From the human T2T-CHM13v2.0 reference genome, Homo sapiens, in NCBI RefSeq assembly GCF_009914755.1, contig NC_060926.1: a DNA stretch of 64,000 bases. One strand, written 5' to 3'. Both the position numbers and the translations under genes were made by a program. Position 1 is the stretch's first letter, and each line of letters opens with the position of its first letter. This document shows, one piece after another, positions 31,959 to 46,172 of this stretch. Below the pieces are notes generated by a model that ran no database searches, had not been told where the DNA came from, and worked only from the letters and a program-made list of their open reading frames with translations.

Positions 31959-32492
31959 TTTAAGAGCTTATTTAATACTGATAACATGGCAGATATTAGA
32001 GAATATGATCATATCCTCCTAGGCACATAAAATTGAATATAGATTTAAAGATACATTTAAAAATCACAGTAATTTCCCAGTTTACAAAGAGCTCATTTAC
32101 TGAAAATTCATTTATATGTTATTTGGGAAGTAGGGTTGCATTTTTCCTAAATGTAAGAGGTAAAATTATAAAATTCTTAGATAAATTGTAGAAATCAGAT
32201 ACCCAGGCTGATCTTACAGAAGTTTGTTAATGATTCATCTGTTGAAATGCAGTGCATAAAATACCCGGGTATTTTCTACTGGTTTTTACAGCAAATATAC
32301 AAAGCAAACAAACAGCTTTATTAAAGGGGATTTTGTGAGCTACTGTGGAATGTAATACCATTTATGACACTGTTTGTACAGGAAGATGCAGCCCCAGCGG
32401 GTTGCATAGAAAGGAGTTTATTGGCAGCTCAGAGGCAGCTCATCTTTTTCTTGGCCAAGTTACCGGAGTTGAGCAAGTTTAAGGGAAAAAGT

Positions 32493-32938
32493 TGTGAAAG
32501 GAAAATAACCCTTGGGGCCCCAAAATCACCAAGCTAAAAGGAAAAGTCAAGCTGAGAATGGCTTAGGGCAAACCTGCCTCCCATTCTATTCAAATTTACC
32601 CCTCTGCTCACTGAGATAAATGGATATCTGATTGCCTCTTTTGGAGAAGCTAATGGAAACTCAAAATAATGCAGCCACTTTTCTCTTATCTACCCCTGCT
32701 CATTTGGAGTTGTCCCGCTTTTAGTCCCATCTTTCTGGATGGAACCAAAGTTCATCTTACATATGTTGATTGATGTCTCATGTCTCCCTAAAATGTGTAA
32801 AACCAAACTGTGCTCTGACAACCTTGGGCACATGTCATCAGGACTTCCTGAGGCTGTGTCATGGGAATGTGTCCTTAACCTTGGCAAAATAAACTTTCTA
32901 AATTAACTGAGACCTATCTCATATATTCGGGGTTCACA
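32493..32938 (+). mobile_element. MER4A1-like ERV1 solo LTR
   Basis: tgtgaaaggaaaat...ggggttcaca, AATAAA near the 3' end, 4-bp TSD AAGT. Confidence 0.85.
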
Positions 32939-33309
32939 AAGTCTACAGTAGGTCCTTTCTCAACAATGGCCCACCTTCGTGGCCCCAAGTTAGACACAGT
33001 TTGGTGGTTGTCACGTTTTCCATTGGCACCCTTGCATTCATCAAATGCAAATATCAGCTCTTCAGTTCTTTTCCTGTTTATTCCTATTCACCAAATTTAT
33101 TGAAATTAATATATGCGGTGGAACCTGACAGATTTACTCTCAGAAAAGGTACAAAATTTGAGAATGGCACCTTCTTCCCTGCACTGGGGCATTGGTCAGC
33201 AAGGATACAGTCTTTTGGCTTCAGATACGGCTGATGAACACTGCCAGACTGCGCTCCTTTCTCAAGCCTGGCCAGTGGCTATCTTTCCCACATGCACAAT
33301 GAATGCATT

Positions 33310-33648
33310 TACTCTTTTTTTTGAGACAGAGTTTCTCTCTGTCACCCAGGCTGGAGTGCAGTAGCACAATCTCCACTCACTGCACTGACCACCTCCCGAC
33401 TTTTCAGAGTCATTACTATTTACAATTGCTTGACTACCTCCTGGGCTCAAGCAATTCTCCTGCCTCAGCCTCCAGAGTAGCTGGGATTACAGGAGCACCA
33501 CCATGCCTGGGTAATTTTTCTATTTTTTATAGAGATGGGATTTTGCCATGTTGGCCAGGCTGGTGTTGAACTCCTGGACTTAAGTGATCTGCCTGCCTCA
33601 GCCTCCCAAAGTGCTGGGATTACAGGCGTGAGCCACCGCGCCCAGCCA
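33310..33648 (-). mobile_element. Alu with a 33-bp foreign insert
   Basis: TSD gaatgcatt; non-Alu segment at 33398-33430. Confidence 0.88.
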
Positions 33649-34040
33649 GAATGCATTCATTCTTGAATGATGCTCTCAATGCTCTCAACACTGACAGAAT
33701 CAAAATAGGAAGGTGGGGGTTCCTGGGGGCTTCCTGGGTCTTGCCTTGCTCACCAGCGCTAGGGCCAAAGGTAAATTTTGCAATTAATTCCTCTTTATAT
33801 ATCAGCTAATAGAGGCCAAGTCTCACACACTTAACAAGAATTTTCTTAATAAAAATGGGATGCTCTTCAGAATAATAAGACATTCATAGTAATTCAATTT
33901 AAAATAAGCATTAATAGGTAAACAGCCACCAAATGTAAATTTCAAATGTTAAAAGATGGCAAAAATACTTAGCACTGCACCTCTAAAAAGACTTCTGTAC
34001 CAACACACACTTTTTTTCTTTTTTTACCACGTGACTGTTA

Positions 34041-34407
34041 TGTCAGGCCTCTGAGCCCAAGCCTGCATGTATACATCCAGATGGCCCAAAGTAACTGAAG
34101 AATCACAAAAGAAGTGAAAATGGCCATTTCCTGCCTTAACTGATGACATTACCTTGTGAAATTCCTTCTCCTGGCTCAGAAATTCCCCTACTGAGCACCT
34201 TGTGACCCCCAGCCCTGCCCGCCAGAGAACAACCCCCTTTGACTGTAATTTTCCACTACCTACCCAAATCCTATAAAACTGCACCACCCATATCTCCCTT
34301 CACTGACTCTCTTTTTGGACTCAGCCCGCCTGCACCCAGGTGATTAAAAAGCTTTATTGCTCACACAAAGCCTGTTTGGTGGTCTCTTCACACGGATGCG
34401 CATGACA
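34041..34407 (+). promoter_or_regulatory. HERV-H 5' LTR (short, 367-bp LTR7 type)
   Basis: tgtcaggcctctgagcccaagc...tgaca; TATAAAA at about 34272, ATTAAA at about 34343. Confidence 0.93.
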
Positions 34408-34409
34408 TT

Positions 34410-34427
34410 TGGTGCCGTGATTCGGAT
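34410..34427 (+). other. Primer-binding site for tRNA-His
   Basis: TGGTGCCGTGATTCGGAT, one mismatch to TGGTGCCGTGACTCGGAT. Confidence 0.9.
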
Positions 34428-34972
34428 TGGGGGACCACCCTTGGCAGATCAATCCCCTGTCCTCCTGCTCTTTGCTCCATGAGAAAGATCCATCTACAAC
34501 CTTGGGTCCTCAGACCAACCAGCCCAAGGAACATCTCACCAATTTTAAATCAAGTAAGCGGCCTCTTTTACTCTCTTCTCCAACCTCTCTCACTATCCCT
34601 CAACCTCTTTCTCCTTTCAATCTTGGTGCCACCCTTCAATCTCTCCCTTCTCTTAATGTCAGGCCCTTTCCTTTTCTGGCAGAGATAGAGGAGACACATT
34701 TTATCCATGAAAACAAAACTCTGGCGCCGGTCACAGACTCGGGAAGACAGTCTTCCCTTGGTGTTTAATCACTGCAGAGACACCTGTCTGATTATTCACC
34801 CACGTTTCAGAGGTGTCTGATCATGACAGGGATGCCTGCCTTGATCCTTCACCTAGTGGCAAGTACCACTTTCCCTGGGTGGTAAGCACCACCTTGCCTG
34901 GGGGGCAATTGCCCCCGACCCCTTCTCTCCATGTCTCTACCCTCTCTTTTCTCTGGGCTTGCCTCCTTCACT

Positions 34973-36225
34973 ATGGGCAACCTTCCATCCTCCATTCCTC
35001 TTTCTTCTCCCTTAGCCTGTGTTCTCAAGAACTTAAAACCTCTTCAACTCACACCTGACCTAAAACCTAAACACCTTATTTTCTTCTCCAATGCCACTTG
35101 ACTTCAATGCAAACTCAACAATTGTTCCAAATAGCCAGAAAATGGCACTTTCAATTTTTCGGTCCTACAAGATCTAGATAATTCTTGTCGTGAAATGGGC
35201 AAACGGTCTGAGATGCCTGACGTCCAGGCATTCTTTTACACATCGGTCCCTCCCTAGCCTCTGTTCCCAATGTGACTTGTCCCAAATCCTCCTTCTTTCC
35301 CTCCTACCTGTCCCCTCAGTCCCAACCCCAAGCATCACTGAGTCTTTTCAATCTTTCTCTTCTACCGACCCATCTGACCTCTCCCTTCCTCCCCAGACTG
35401 CTCCTCCTCAGGTTGCTCCCTGCCAGGCTGAATCAGGCTCCAATTCTTCCTCAGCCTCCACTCCCCAACCCTATAATCCTTCTATCACTGCCCCTCCTCA
35501 CACCTGGTCTGGCTTACAGTTTTGTTCCACGACTAGCTCTCCCCTACCTGCCCAACAATTTCCTCTTAAAGAGGTGGCTGGAGCTAAAGGCGTAGTCAAG
35601 GTTAATGCTCCTTTTTCTTTATCCGACCTCTCCCAAATCAATTAGCGTTTAGGCTCTTTTTCATCAAATTAAAAAACCCAGCCCAGTTCATGGCCCACTT
35701 GGCAACAACCCTTAGATGCTTTACCGCCCTAGACCCAGAGGGGGCAAAAAGCCATATTATTCTCAATATGCATTTTATTACCCGATCCGCTCCCGACATT
35801 AAAAAAAAGCCCCCCAAATTAAATTCTGGTCCTCAAACCCCACAACAGAACTTTATTAACCTCGCCTTCAAGGTGTACAATAACAGAGAAGAGTTGCAAT
35901 TACTTGCCTCTGCTGTGAGAGAAACCCCAGCCACATCTCCAGCACACAGGAATTTCAAAACTCCTAAGCCACAGTGGTCAGGCATTCCTTCAGGACCTCT
36001 TCCCCCAGGATCTTGCTTCAAGTGCTGGCTAATCTGGCCACTGGGCCAAGGAATGCCCGCAGCCTGGGATTCCTCCTAAGCCATATCCCATCTGTGCAGG
36101 ACCCCACTGGAAATCGGACTGTCCAAGTCACCTGGCAGCCACTCCCAGAGCCCCTGGAACTCTGGCCCAAGGCTCTCTGACTGACTTCTTCCCAGATCTT
36201 CTCAGCTTAAAGGCTGAAGGCTGAT
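34973..36225 (+). pseudogene. gag: HERV-H gag (disrupted)
   Basis: ATG GGC AAC CTT CCA start, proline-rich region, two degraded zinc knuckles (CFKC..GHWAKEC; [12 protein letters not shown]); stops and frameshifts. Confidence 0.75.
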
Positions 36226-36285
36226 GCTGCCTGATCACCTTGGAAGCCTCCTGGACCATCACAGACGCTTTAGGTAACTCTTACA

Positions 36286-38382
36286 GTGGAAATTAAATCC
36301 ATCCTCTTCTTAATCAATATGGAGGCTACCCACTCTACATTGCCTTATTTTCAAGGGCCTGTTTCCCTTGCCTCCATAACTGTTGTGGGTATTGACGGCC
36401 AGACTTCTAAACCTCTTAAAACTCCCCAATTCTGGTGCCAACTTGGACAACGTTCTTTTAAGCACTCTTTTTTAGTTATCCCCACCTGCCCAGTTCCCTT
36501 ATTAGGCCAACACATTTTAACCAAATTATCTGCTTCCCTGACTATTCCTGGACCACAGCCACATCTCATTGCTGCCCTTCGTCCCAACCCAAAACCTCCT
36601 TCGTGTCTTCCTCTCGCATCCCCCCAACTTAACCCACAAGTATGGGACATCTCTACTCCCTCCCTGGCAACCAATCACACACTCGTTACTATCCCATTAA
36701 AACCTAATCACCCTTACCCTGCTCAATGCCACTATCCCATCCCACAACAGGCTTTAAGGGGATTAAAGCCTGTTATTGCTCACCTGCTACAGCATGGGCT
36801 TCTAAAACCTATAAACTCTCCTTACAATTCCCCCATTTTACCTGTCCCAAAACCGGACAAGTCTTATATGTTAGTTCAGGATCTGTGCCTTATTGTTTTG
36901 CCTATCCATCTTGTGGTGCCCAACCTGTACACTCTTTTGTCCTCAATACCTTCCTCCACAACTCACTATTCTGTTCTTGATCTTAAAGATGCTTTTTTCA
37001 CTATTCCCCTGCACCCATTGTCCCAGCCTCTGTTTGCTTTTATCTGGACTGACCCTGACACCCATCAGTCCCAGCAGCTTACCTGGGCTCTACTGCCGCA
37101 AGCCTTCAGGGACAGCCCTCATTACTTCAGCCAAGCTCTTTCTCATGATTTACTTTCTTTCCACCCCTCCACTTCTCACCTTATTCAATATATCGATGAC
37201 CTTCTACTTTGTAGCCCCTCCTTTAAATCTTCTCAACAAGACACCCTCCTGCTTCTTCAACATTTATTCTCCAAGGGATATCTGGTACCCCCTTCCAAAG
37301 CTCAAATTTCTTCTCCATCTGTTACCTACCTCGGCATAATTCTTCATAAAAACACATGTGCTCTCCCTGCCGATCATGTCCAACTGATCTCTCAAACCCC
37401 AACCCCTTCTACAAAACAACAACTCCTTTCCTTCCTGGGCATGGTTGGATACTTTCGCCTTTGGATACCTGGTTTTGCCATCCTAACAAAACCATTATAT
37501 AAACTCACAAAAGGAAACCTAGCTGACCCCATAGATCCTAAATCCTTTCCCCACTCCTCTTTCCATTCCTTGAAGACAGCTTTAGAGACTGCTCCCACAC
37601 TAGCTCTCCCTGACTCATCCCAACCCTTTTCATTACACATAGCCAAAGTGCAGGGCTGTGCAGTTGGAATTCTTACACAAGGACCGGGACGGTGTCCTGT
37701 AGCCATTTTGTCCAAACAACTTGACCTTACTGTTTTAGGCTGGCCATCATGTTTCTGTGTGGTGGCTGCTGTTGCCCTAATACTTTTAGAGGCCCTCAAA
37801 ATCACAAACTATGCTCAACTCACTCTCTACAGTTCTCATAACTTCCAAAATCTATTTTCTTCCTCACATCTGACACATATACTTTCTGCTCCGCAGCTCC
37901 TTCAGCTATACTCACTCTTTGTTGAGTCTCCCACAATTACCATTGTTCCTGGCCCAGACTTCAATCTGGCCTCCCACATTATTCTGGATACCACAGCTGA
38001 CCCCCATAACTGTATCTCTCTGATCTACCTGACATTGACTCCATTTCCCCATATTTCCTTCTTTCCTATTCCTCACCCTGATCACACTTGGTTTATCGAT
38101 GGCAGTTCTACCAGGCCTAATTGCCACTCACCAGCAAAGGCAGGCTATGCTATAGTATCTTCCACATCTATCATTGAGGCTACCACTCTGCCCCCCTCCA
38201 CTACCTCTCAGCAAGCTGAACTCATTGCCTTCACTCAAGCCCTCACTCTTGCAAAGGGACAATGCATCAATATTTACACTGACTCTAAATATGCCTTGCA
38301 TATCCACACCACCATGCTGTTATATGGGCAGAAAGAGGTTTCTTCACTACACAATGGTCCTCCATCATTAATGCCTCTTTAA
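36286..38382 (+). pseudogene. pol: HERV-H pro-pol: 698-codon open frame (protease remnant, RT, RNase H)
   Basis: VLDLKDAFF, LPQAF, YIDD, FIDGSS, QAELIA, YTDSKY; protease DTG site reads NME; frame lost near 38310. Confidence 0.9.
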
Positions 38383-38457
38383 TAAAATAGGCCTCTTCTC
38401 AAGGCCTATTTACTTCCAAAGGAAGCTGGAGTCATTCACTGCAAGAGCCATCAAAAG

Positions 38458-40800
<2,343 letters not shown>

Positions 40801-41129
40801 ACCCTCATGAGCCTAATACATCCCTTCATTCTATTAAGACTATTCATCCTTACCCTACTTTTTGCAACAGGGCTTTATGCAATCACCCTCACTATTTGGA
40901 CTGCACCCCAAAAACTTGTCATCCCTACTGTCTTCTGTCTAGTCATACTCCTATTCACCATTCTCAACTACTTGTAAATGCCCTGCCCTTGTTTACACTG
41001 GTGGTTTACCCTTTTCCTTCAAACCATCATAACTGATATCTCCTGGTTTTACCTCAAACTGCCACTTTTAAGTCTCTCTTAAGGTGAATAGATGATCTTT
41101 GCTGACAGGGCACACTCCAATACTTTCAC

Positions 41130-42900
41130 CCTGATGAAGTTCTGTTCTTTACTTTTATACTCACTCTTATTCTCATTCCCATTCTTATGCCACCCTCTAC
41201 CTCTCCCCAGCTATCTCCACCACACTATCAATCTCACTCTCTGCTAGCCATTTCTAATCCCTCCTTAGCGAACAATTGCTGGCTTTGCATTTCCCTTTCT
41301 TCCTGTGCTTACACAGCTGTCCCCGCCTTACATACAGACTGGGCAACATCTCCTGTCTCCCTACACCTCCGAACTTCCTTTAACAGCCCTCACCTTTACC
41401 CTCCTGAAGAACTTCTTTACTTTCTAGACAGGTCCAGCAAGACCTCCCCAGACATGTGACATCAGCAAGCTGCCGCCCTCCTCCGCACTTACTTAAAAAA
41501 ACCTTTCTCCTTATATCAACTCTACTCCCCACATATTCGGACCCCTCACAACACAAACTACTATTGCTGTGGCTGCTCCTTTTTGTATCTCTCAGCAAAG
41601 ACCCACTGGAATTCCCTTTCACCTTCGTGATGTTCCTTCACTCTTCATCTCCAAAGCCCAACTACACACACCACTGAAACAATTGGAGCCTCCCAGCTCC
41701 GTATTACAGATAAGCCCTCTATCAATACGGGCAAACTTAAAAACATTAGCAGTAATTATTGCTTACGAAGGCACTTACCCTGTATTTCACTCCAACCTTG
41801 GCTACCTTCCCCTTGCTCGTCAGACTCTCCTCCCAGGCCCTCTTCTTGTTTACTTATACCCAGCCCCATAAATAACAGTGAAAAGTTGTTTGTAGATACT
41901 CATCGTTTTCTCACACACCATGAAAATCGAACCTCCCCCTCTAAGCAGTTACCCTATCAGTCCCCATTAAAACCTCTGACAGCTGCCGCCCTAGCTGGAT
42001 CCCTAGGAGTCTGGGTAGAAGACACTTCTTTCAGCACTCCTTCTCATCTTTTTACTTTGCATTTCCAGTTTTGCTTTATACAAGGTCTCTTCTTCCTCTG
42101 TGTATCCTCTACCTACATGTGTCTACCTGCTAATTGGACAGGCACATGCACATTAATTTTCCTTACTCCCAAAATTCAATTTGCAAATGGGACGGAAGAG
42201 CTTCCTGTTCCCCACATGACACTGACACGACAAAAAAGAGTTATTCCACTAATTCCCTTGCTTGTCAGTTTAGGACTTTCTGCGTCCACTAATGTTCTTG
42301 GTACTGGAATAGCAGGCATTTCAACCTCTGTCATGACCTTTCGTAGCCTCTCTAATGACTTCTCTGCTAGCATCACAGACGTATCACAAATTTTATCAGT
42401 CCTTCAGGCCCAAGTGACTCTCTAGCTGAGGTTGTCCTCCAAAACCGCCGAGGCCTTGACTTACTCACTGCTGAAACATGAGGACTCTGTATATTTTTTA
42501 AAGAAGAGTGTTGTTTTTACCTAAATCAATCTGGCCTGGTGTAAGACAACATAAAAAAACTCAAGGATAGAGCACCAAAACTCTCCAACCAAGCAAGTAA
42601 TTATGCTGAACCCCCTTGGGCACCCTCTAATTGGATGTCCTGGGTCCTCCCAATTCTTAATTCTTTAATACCTGTTCTTCTCCTCTTATTCAGACCTTGT
42701 ATCTTCCGTTTAGTTTCTCAATTCATACAAAACTGCATCCAGGCCATCACCAGTCATTCTATATGACAAATACTCCTTCTAACAACCCCACAATATTGCC
42801 CCTTACCACAAAATCCTCCTTCAACTTGACCTCTGCTACTCTAGGTTCCCACGCTGCCCCTAATCCTGCTTGAAGCAGCCCTGAGAAACATCGCCCATTA
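41130..42900 (+). pseudogene. env: HERV-H env (disrupted SU and TM)
   Basis: NCWLC motif, RQKR furin site and fusion peptide VIPLIPLLVSLG in ORF 41886..42425, ISD LQNRRGLDLLTAE at about 42437-42475, CX6CC remnant; frameshifts and stops. Confidence 0.88.
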
Positions 42901-42990
42901 TCTCTCCATACCACCCCCAAAAATTTTCGCCGTCCCAACACTTTACCACTATTTTGTTTTATTTTTCTTATTAATATAAGAAGAAAGGAA

Positions 42991-43358
42991 TGTCAGGCCT
43001 CTGAGCCCAAGCCTGCAGGTATACATCCAGATGGCCTGAAGTAATTGAAGAATCACAAAAGAAGTGAAAATGGCCATTTCCTGCCTTAACTGAAGACATT
43101 ACCTTGTGAAATTCCTTCTCCTGGCTCAGAAGTTCCCCCACTGAGCACCTTGTGACCCCCCACCCCTGCCCGCCAGAGAACAACCCCCTTTGACTGTAAT
43201 TTTCCACTACCTACCCAAATCCTATAAAACGGCCCTACCCCTTTCTCCCTTCGCTGACTCTCTTTTTGGACTCAGCCCGCCTGCACCCAGGTGATTAAAA
43301 AGCTTTATTGCTCACACAAAGCCTGTTTGGTAGTCTCTTCACACAGACACGTGTGACA
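42991..43358 (+). promoter_or_regulatory. HERV-H 3' LTR, preceded by the PPT aagaagaaaggaa
   Basis: Differs from the 5' LTR by about 20 substitutions and 1 indel (manual count). Confidence 0.93.
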
Positions 43359-43489
43359 TGTTAAGTTTAATAAATACATCTTCAGCAATCATATCACCTC
43401 TCCTACCCCACCCTCATTTCACATTAAATAATAACATTTCCAACAAACCAAACTGTGATGTTCTCATAACTTAGACTGTAGAAGTCTGA

Positions 43490-43620
43490 AGCCCAACTAG
43501 TTCTTGGAGATTATCTACTTCAGTCCCCTTATTCTACAGAGGTGGGGCCCAGACCCAGAAAGAAAACAGGATTTGTCCAAGGTCATGAATAGCTGGCCCG
43601 GAACTGTAGCCCAAGTCTCT
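43490..43620 (-). mobile_element. MIR fragment
   Basis: attctacagaggtgggg...atttgtccaaggtcat. Confidence 0.5.
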
Positions 43621-43929
43621 TACCTTATTCTTTTCACACTGTCTTACCCACATCTGCAAAAATATGAGTAGATTTGCTGTAAAAGATTTGTGTGTTTCCT
43701 AAATAAAAATTTCATTCAATCATAAAAATAACACACATTTAATATAGAAAATGTGACAAAAACAAAGAAAAAAGCAAAACCCACCTATAATTCCATCTCC
43801 CAGAAATACAACTGTTAAAACCTCGGCATATTTTCCTATTTTTTTCTCTCTCTACATATATATGTTTGCATGCACACAGACGATGTATAGAAACAGTACA
43901 TAAAACTTTTTTTTGAGATGGAGTTTCAC

Positions 43930-44850
43930 TCTGTCTTGAGATTAATCCAAGTTATGTGTATCAGTAAGTTCTTTCCTATTCATTTTTATTTTTTATTTGT
44001 AGAGACAGACTTTATCTTATTTTACTTTTTTATGAGATGGGGTCCCAAGTTGCCCCAGTTGGTCTCAAACTCCTGGCCTCATGGCCAGCCGCCTTCCTTG
44101 GCCTCCCAGAGTGCTGGGATTACAGAGGTGAGACACCATGCCCAGTCCTTTTTATTTCTGAGTATTTAATTGTATGGATGTACCACTGTTGTTTATTCAT
44201 TCACTTGTTGAAGACATTTGGGTTGTTTCCAGTTTGAGGTGATTACGAACAGAGCTGCTACAAATACTTGTGTGTAGGTTTCTGTGTGAACGTAAGTTTT
44301 TATTTCTCTAGGTTAAACACCCAAGACAGGGACTGCTGGGTCATATGGTAAATGTCTGTTTAACTTCCTGAGAAGCTGCCAAACTGTTTTCCAGGGTGGA
44401 TGATATGGTTTGGTTCTGTGTCCTCAACCAAATCTCATCTTGTAGCTCCCATAACTTCCACGTGTTGTGGGAGGGACCTGATGGGAGATAATTGAATCAC
44501 AGAGATGGGTCTCTTCCGTGCTGCTCTCATCATAGTGAATAAATCTCATGAGATCTGATGGTTTTAAAAATGGGGCCAGGCACAGTGGCTCACGCCTGTA
44601 ATCCCAGCATTTTGGGAGGCCAAGGCAGGTGGACCACGAGGTCAGGAGTTTGAACCAGCCTGGCCAACATAGTGAAACCCCATCTCTACTAAAAATACAA
44701 AAATTAGCCAGGTGTGGTGCTACGCGCCTGTAATCCCAGCTACTCAGGAGGCTGAGGCAGGCAGAATTGCTTGAACTGGAGAGGCGGAGGTTGCAGTGAG
44801 CTGAGACCATGCCATTGCACCCCAGCCTGGGTGACAGAGTGACTCTGTCT

Positions 44851-44885
<35 letters not shown>

Positions 44886-45910
44886 AGTTCCCCTGCACAA
44901 GCCCTTTGCCTGCCGCCATCCACCATCCACGTAAGATGTGACTTGCTCCTCCTTGCCTTCTGCCATGATTGTGAGGCCTCCTCAGCCATGAGGAACTCTG
45001 AGTCCAGTTAAATCTCTTTCTTTTGTAAATTACCCAGTCTCAGGTATGTCTTTATCAGCTGCGTGAAAACGGACTAATACAGTGGATATACCACTTTGCA
45101 TCCCCAGCAGCTGTGTATGAGGGTTCTGATTGCTCCTCATTCTCCCCAGTTCTTGGTATTGTCAGTATTTTTTATTTTAACCATTTTAACAGGTGTATGA
45201 TATCTCATTATGAGTTTTCATTTGCACTTCCCTAATGGCTAGTGATTTAAGCATCTTTTCATGTATTTACTTCTCATTTACATATCCTCATTGGTGAGGT
45301 GTTCCAGTCTTTTAATTATTTTTTAACTGGGTTCTTTTCTTACTCTTCAATTGTGAGAGTCCTTGATACCCCTTGGGTAAAATCGTTTGTCATGTATATG
45401 ATATATGAGTTTTTCTCTCCCAGTTTGTGGCTTGTCTTTTCCTTCTGTTAACAGTGTCATTCACAGAACAAAAGTTTTATATTTTGATGAATTATATTTT
45501 TTCAATTTTTAAATAGATTATGCTTTTGGTCTTATGTCTAAAAACTTTTTTTTTGAGACAAGGTCTCACTCTGTTGCTCAGGCTGGAGTACAGTGGCGCG
45601 ATCATGGCTCACAATAGCCTCCATCTCCCAGGCTCCAGCGATCCCCCCACCCCCACTCCCCCAAGTAGCTGGGATTACCCGTGTGCGCCACCATGTCCAG
45701 CTAATTTTTGTATTTTTTGCAGACAGGGTTTTGCTGAGCTGACCAGCTGGTCTCACACTCCTGGATTCAAGTGATCCTCCTGCCTCAGGCTCCCAGAATG
45801 CTGAGATTACAGGTGTGAGCCACCGCACCTGGCCCCTAAAAACTCTTTGCCTAACTCCACTTGACAAAGATTTTCTCCTATGTTTTTTCCTAATAGTTTT
45901 CTAGTTTAAC
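43930..45910 (-). mobile_element. Old L1M (L1MB-like) fragment interrupted by Alu pieces (about 43985-44147, 45546-45834) and a THE1 LTR
   Basis: ggttgtttccagttt, gggtcatatggtaaatg, ctgccaaactgttttcca motifs. Confidence 0.65.
44401..45081 (+). mobile_element. THE1C-like solo LTR with Alu(+) at 44574-44883 inside it
   Basis: tgatatggtttgg...ggactaataca; 5-bp TSD GTGGA. Confidence 0.85.
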
Positions 45911-46172
45911 TAAAATGAATTCTCTTAATAGCTTAGAGAAAACTGAGGTAGTAAATGAGGGTCTAAATATTTTGAAATGACATTTTTCATGTTTAAAAAC
46001 AGTCACAAGTATCTAGAATACTGCAGAAGATCTGTGAAATATAAAACAAATTCCAAAAGTAAAGGTCTCCATAACTTCCGAAGAAAAAAATCCAATGATA
46101 CGCTTTCTTCATTGTGCAATCCTCAATTTCCTCCCCCACAACAAGGGCATGAAATGGATTTGTTGAACATAA

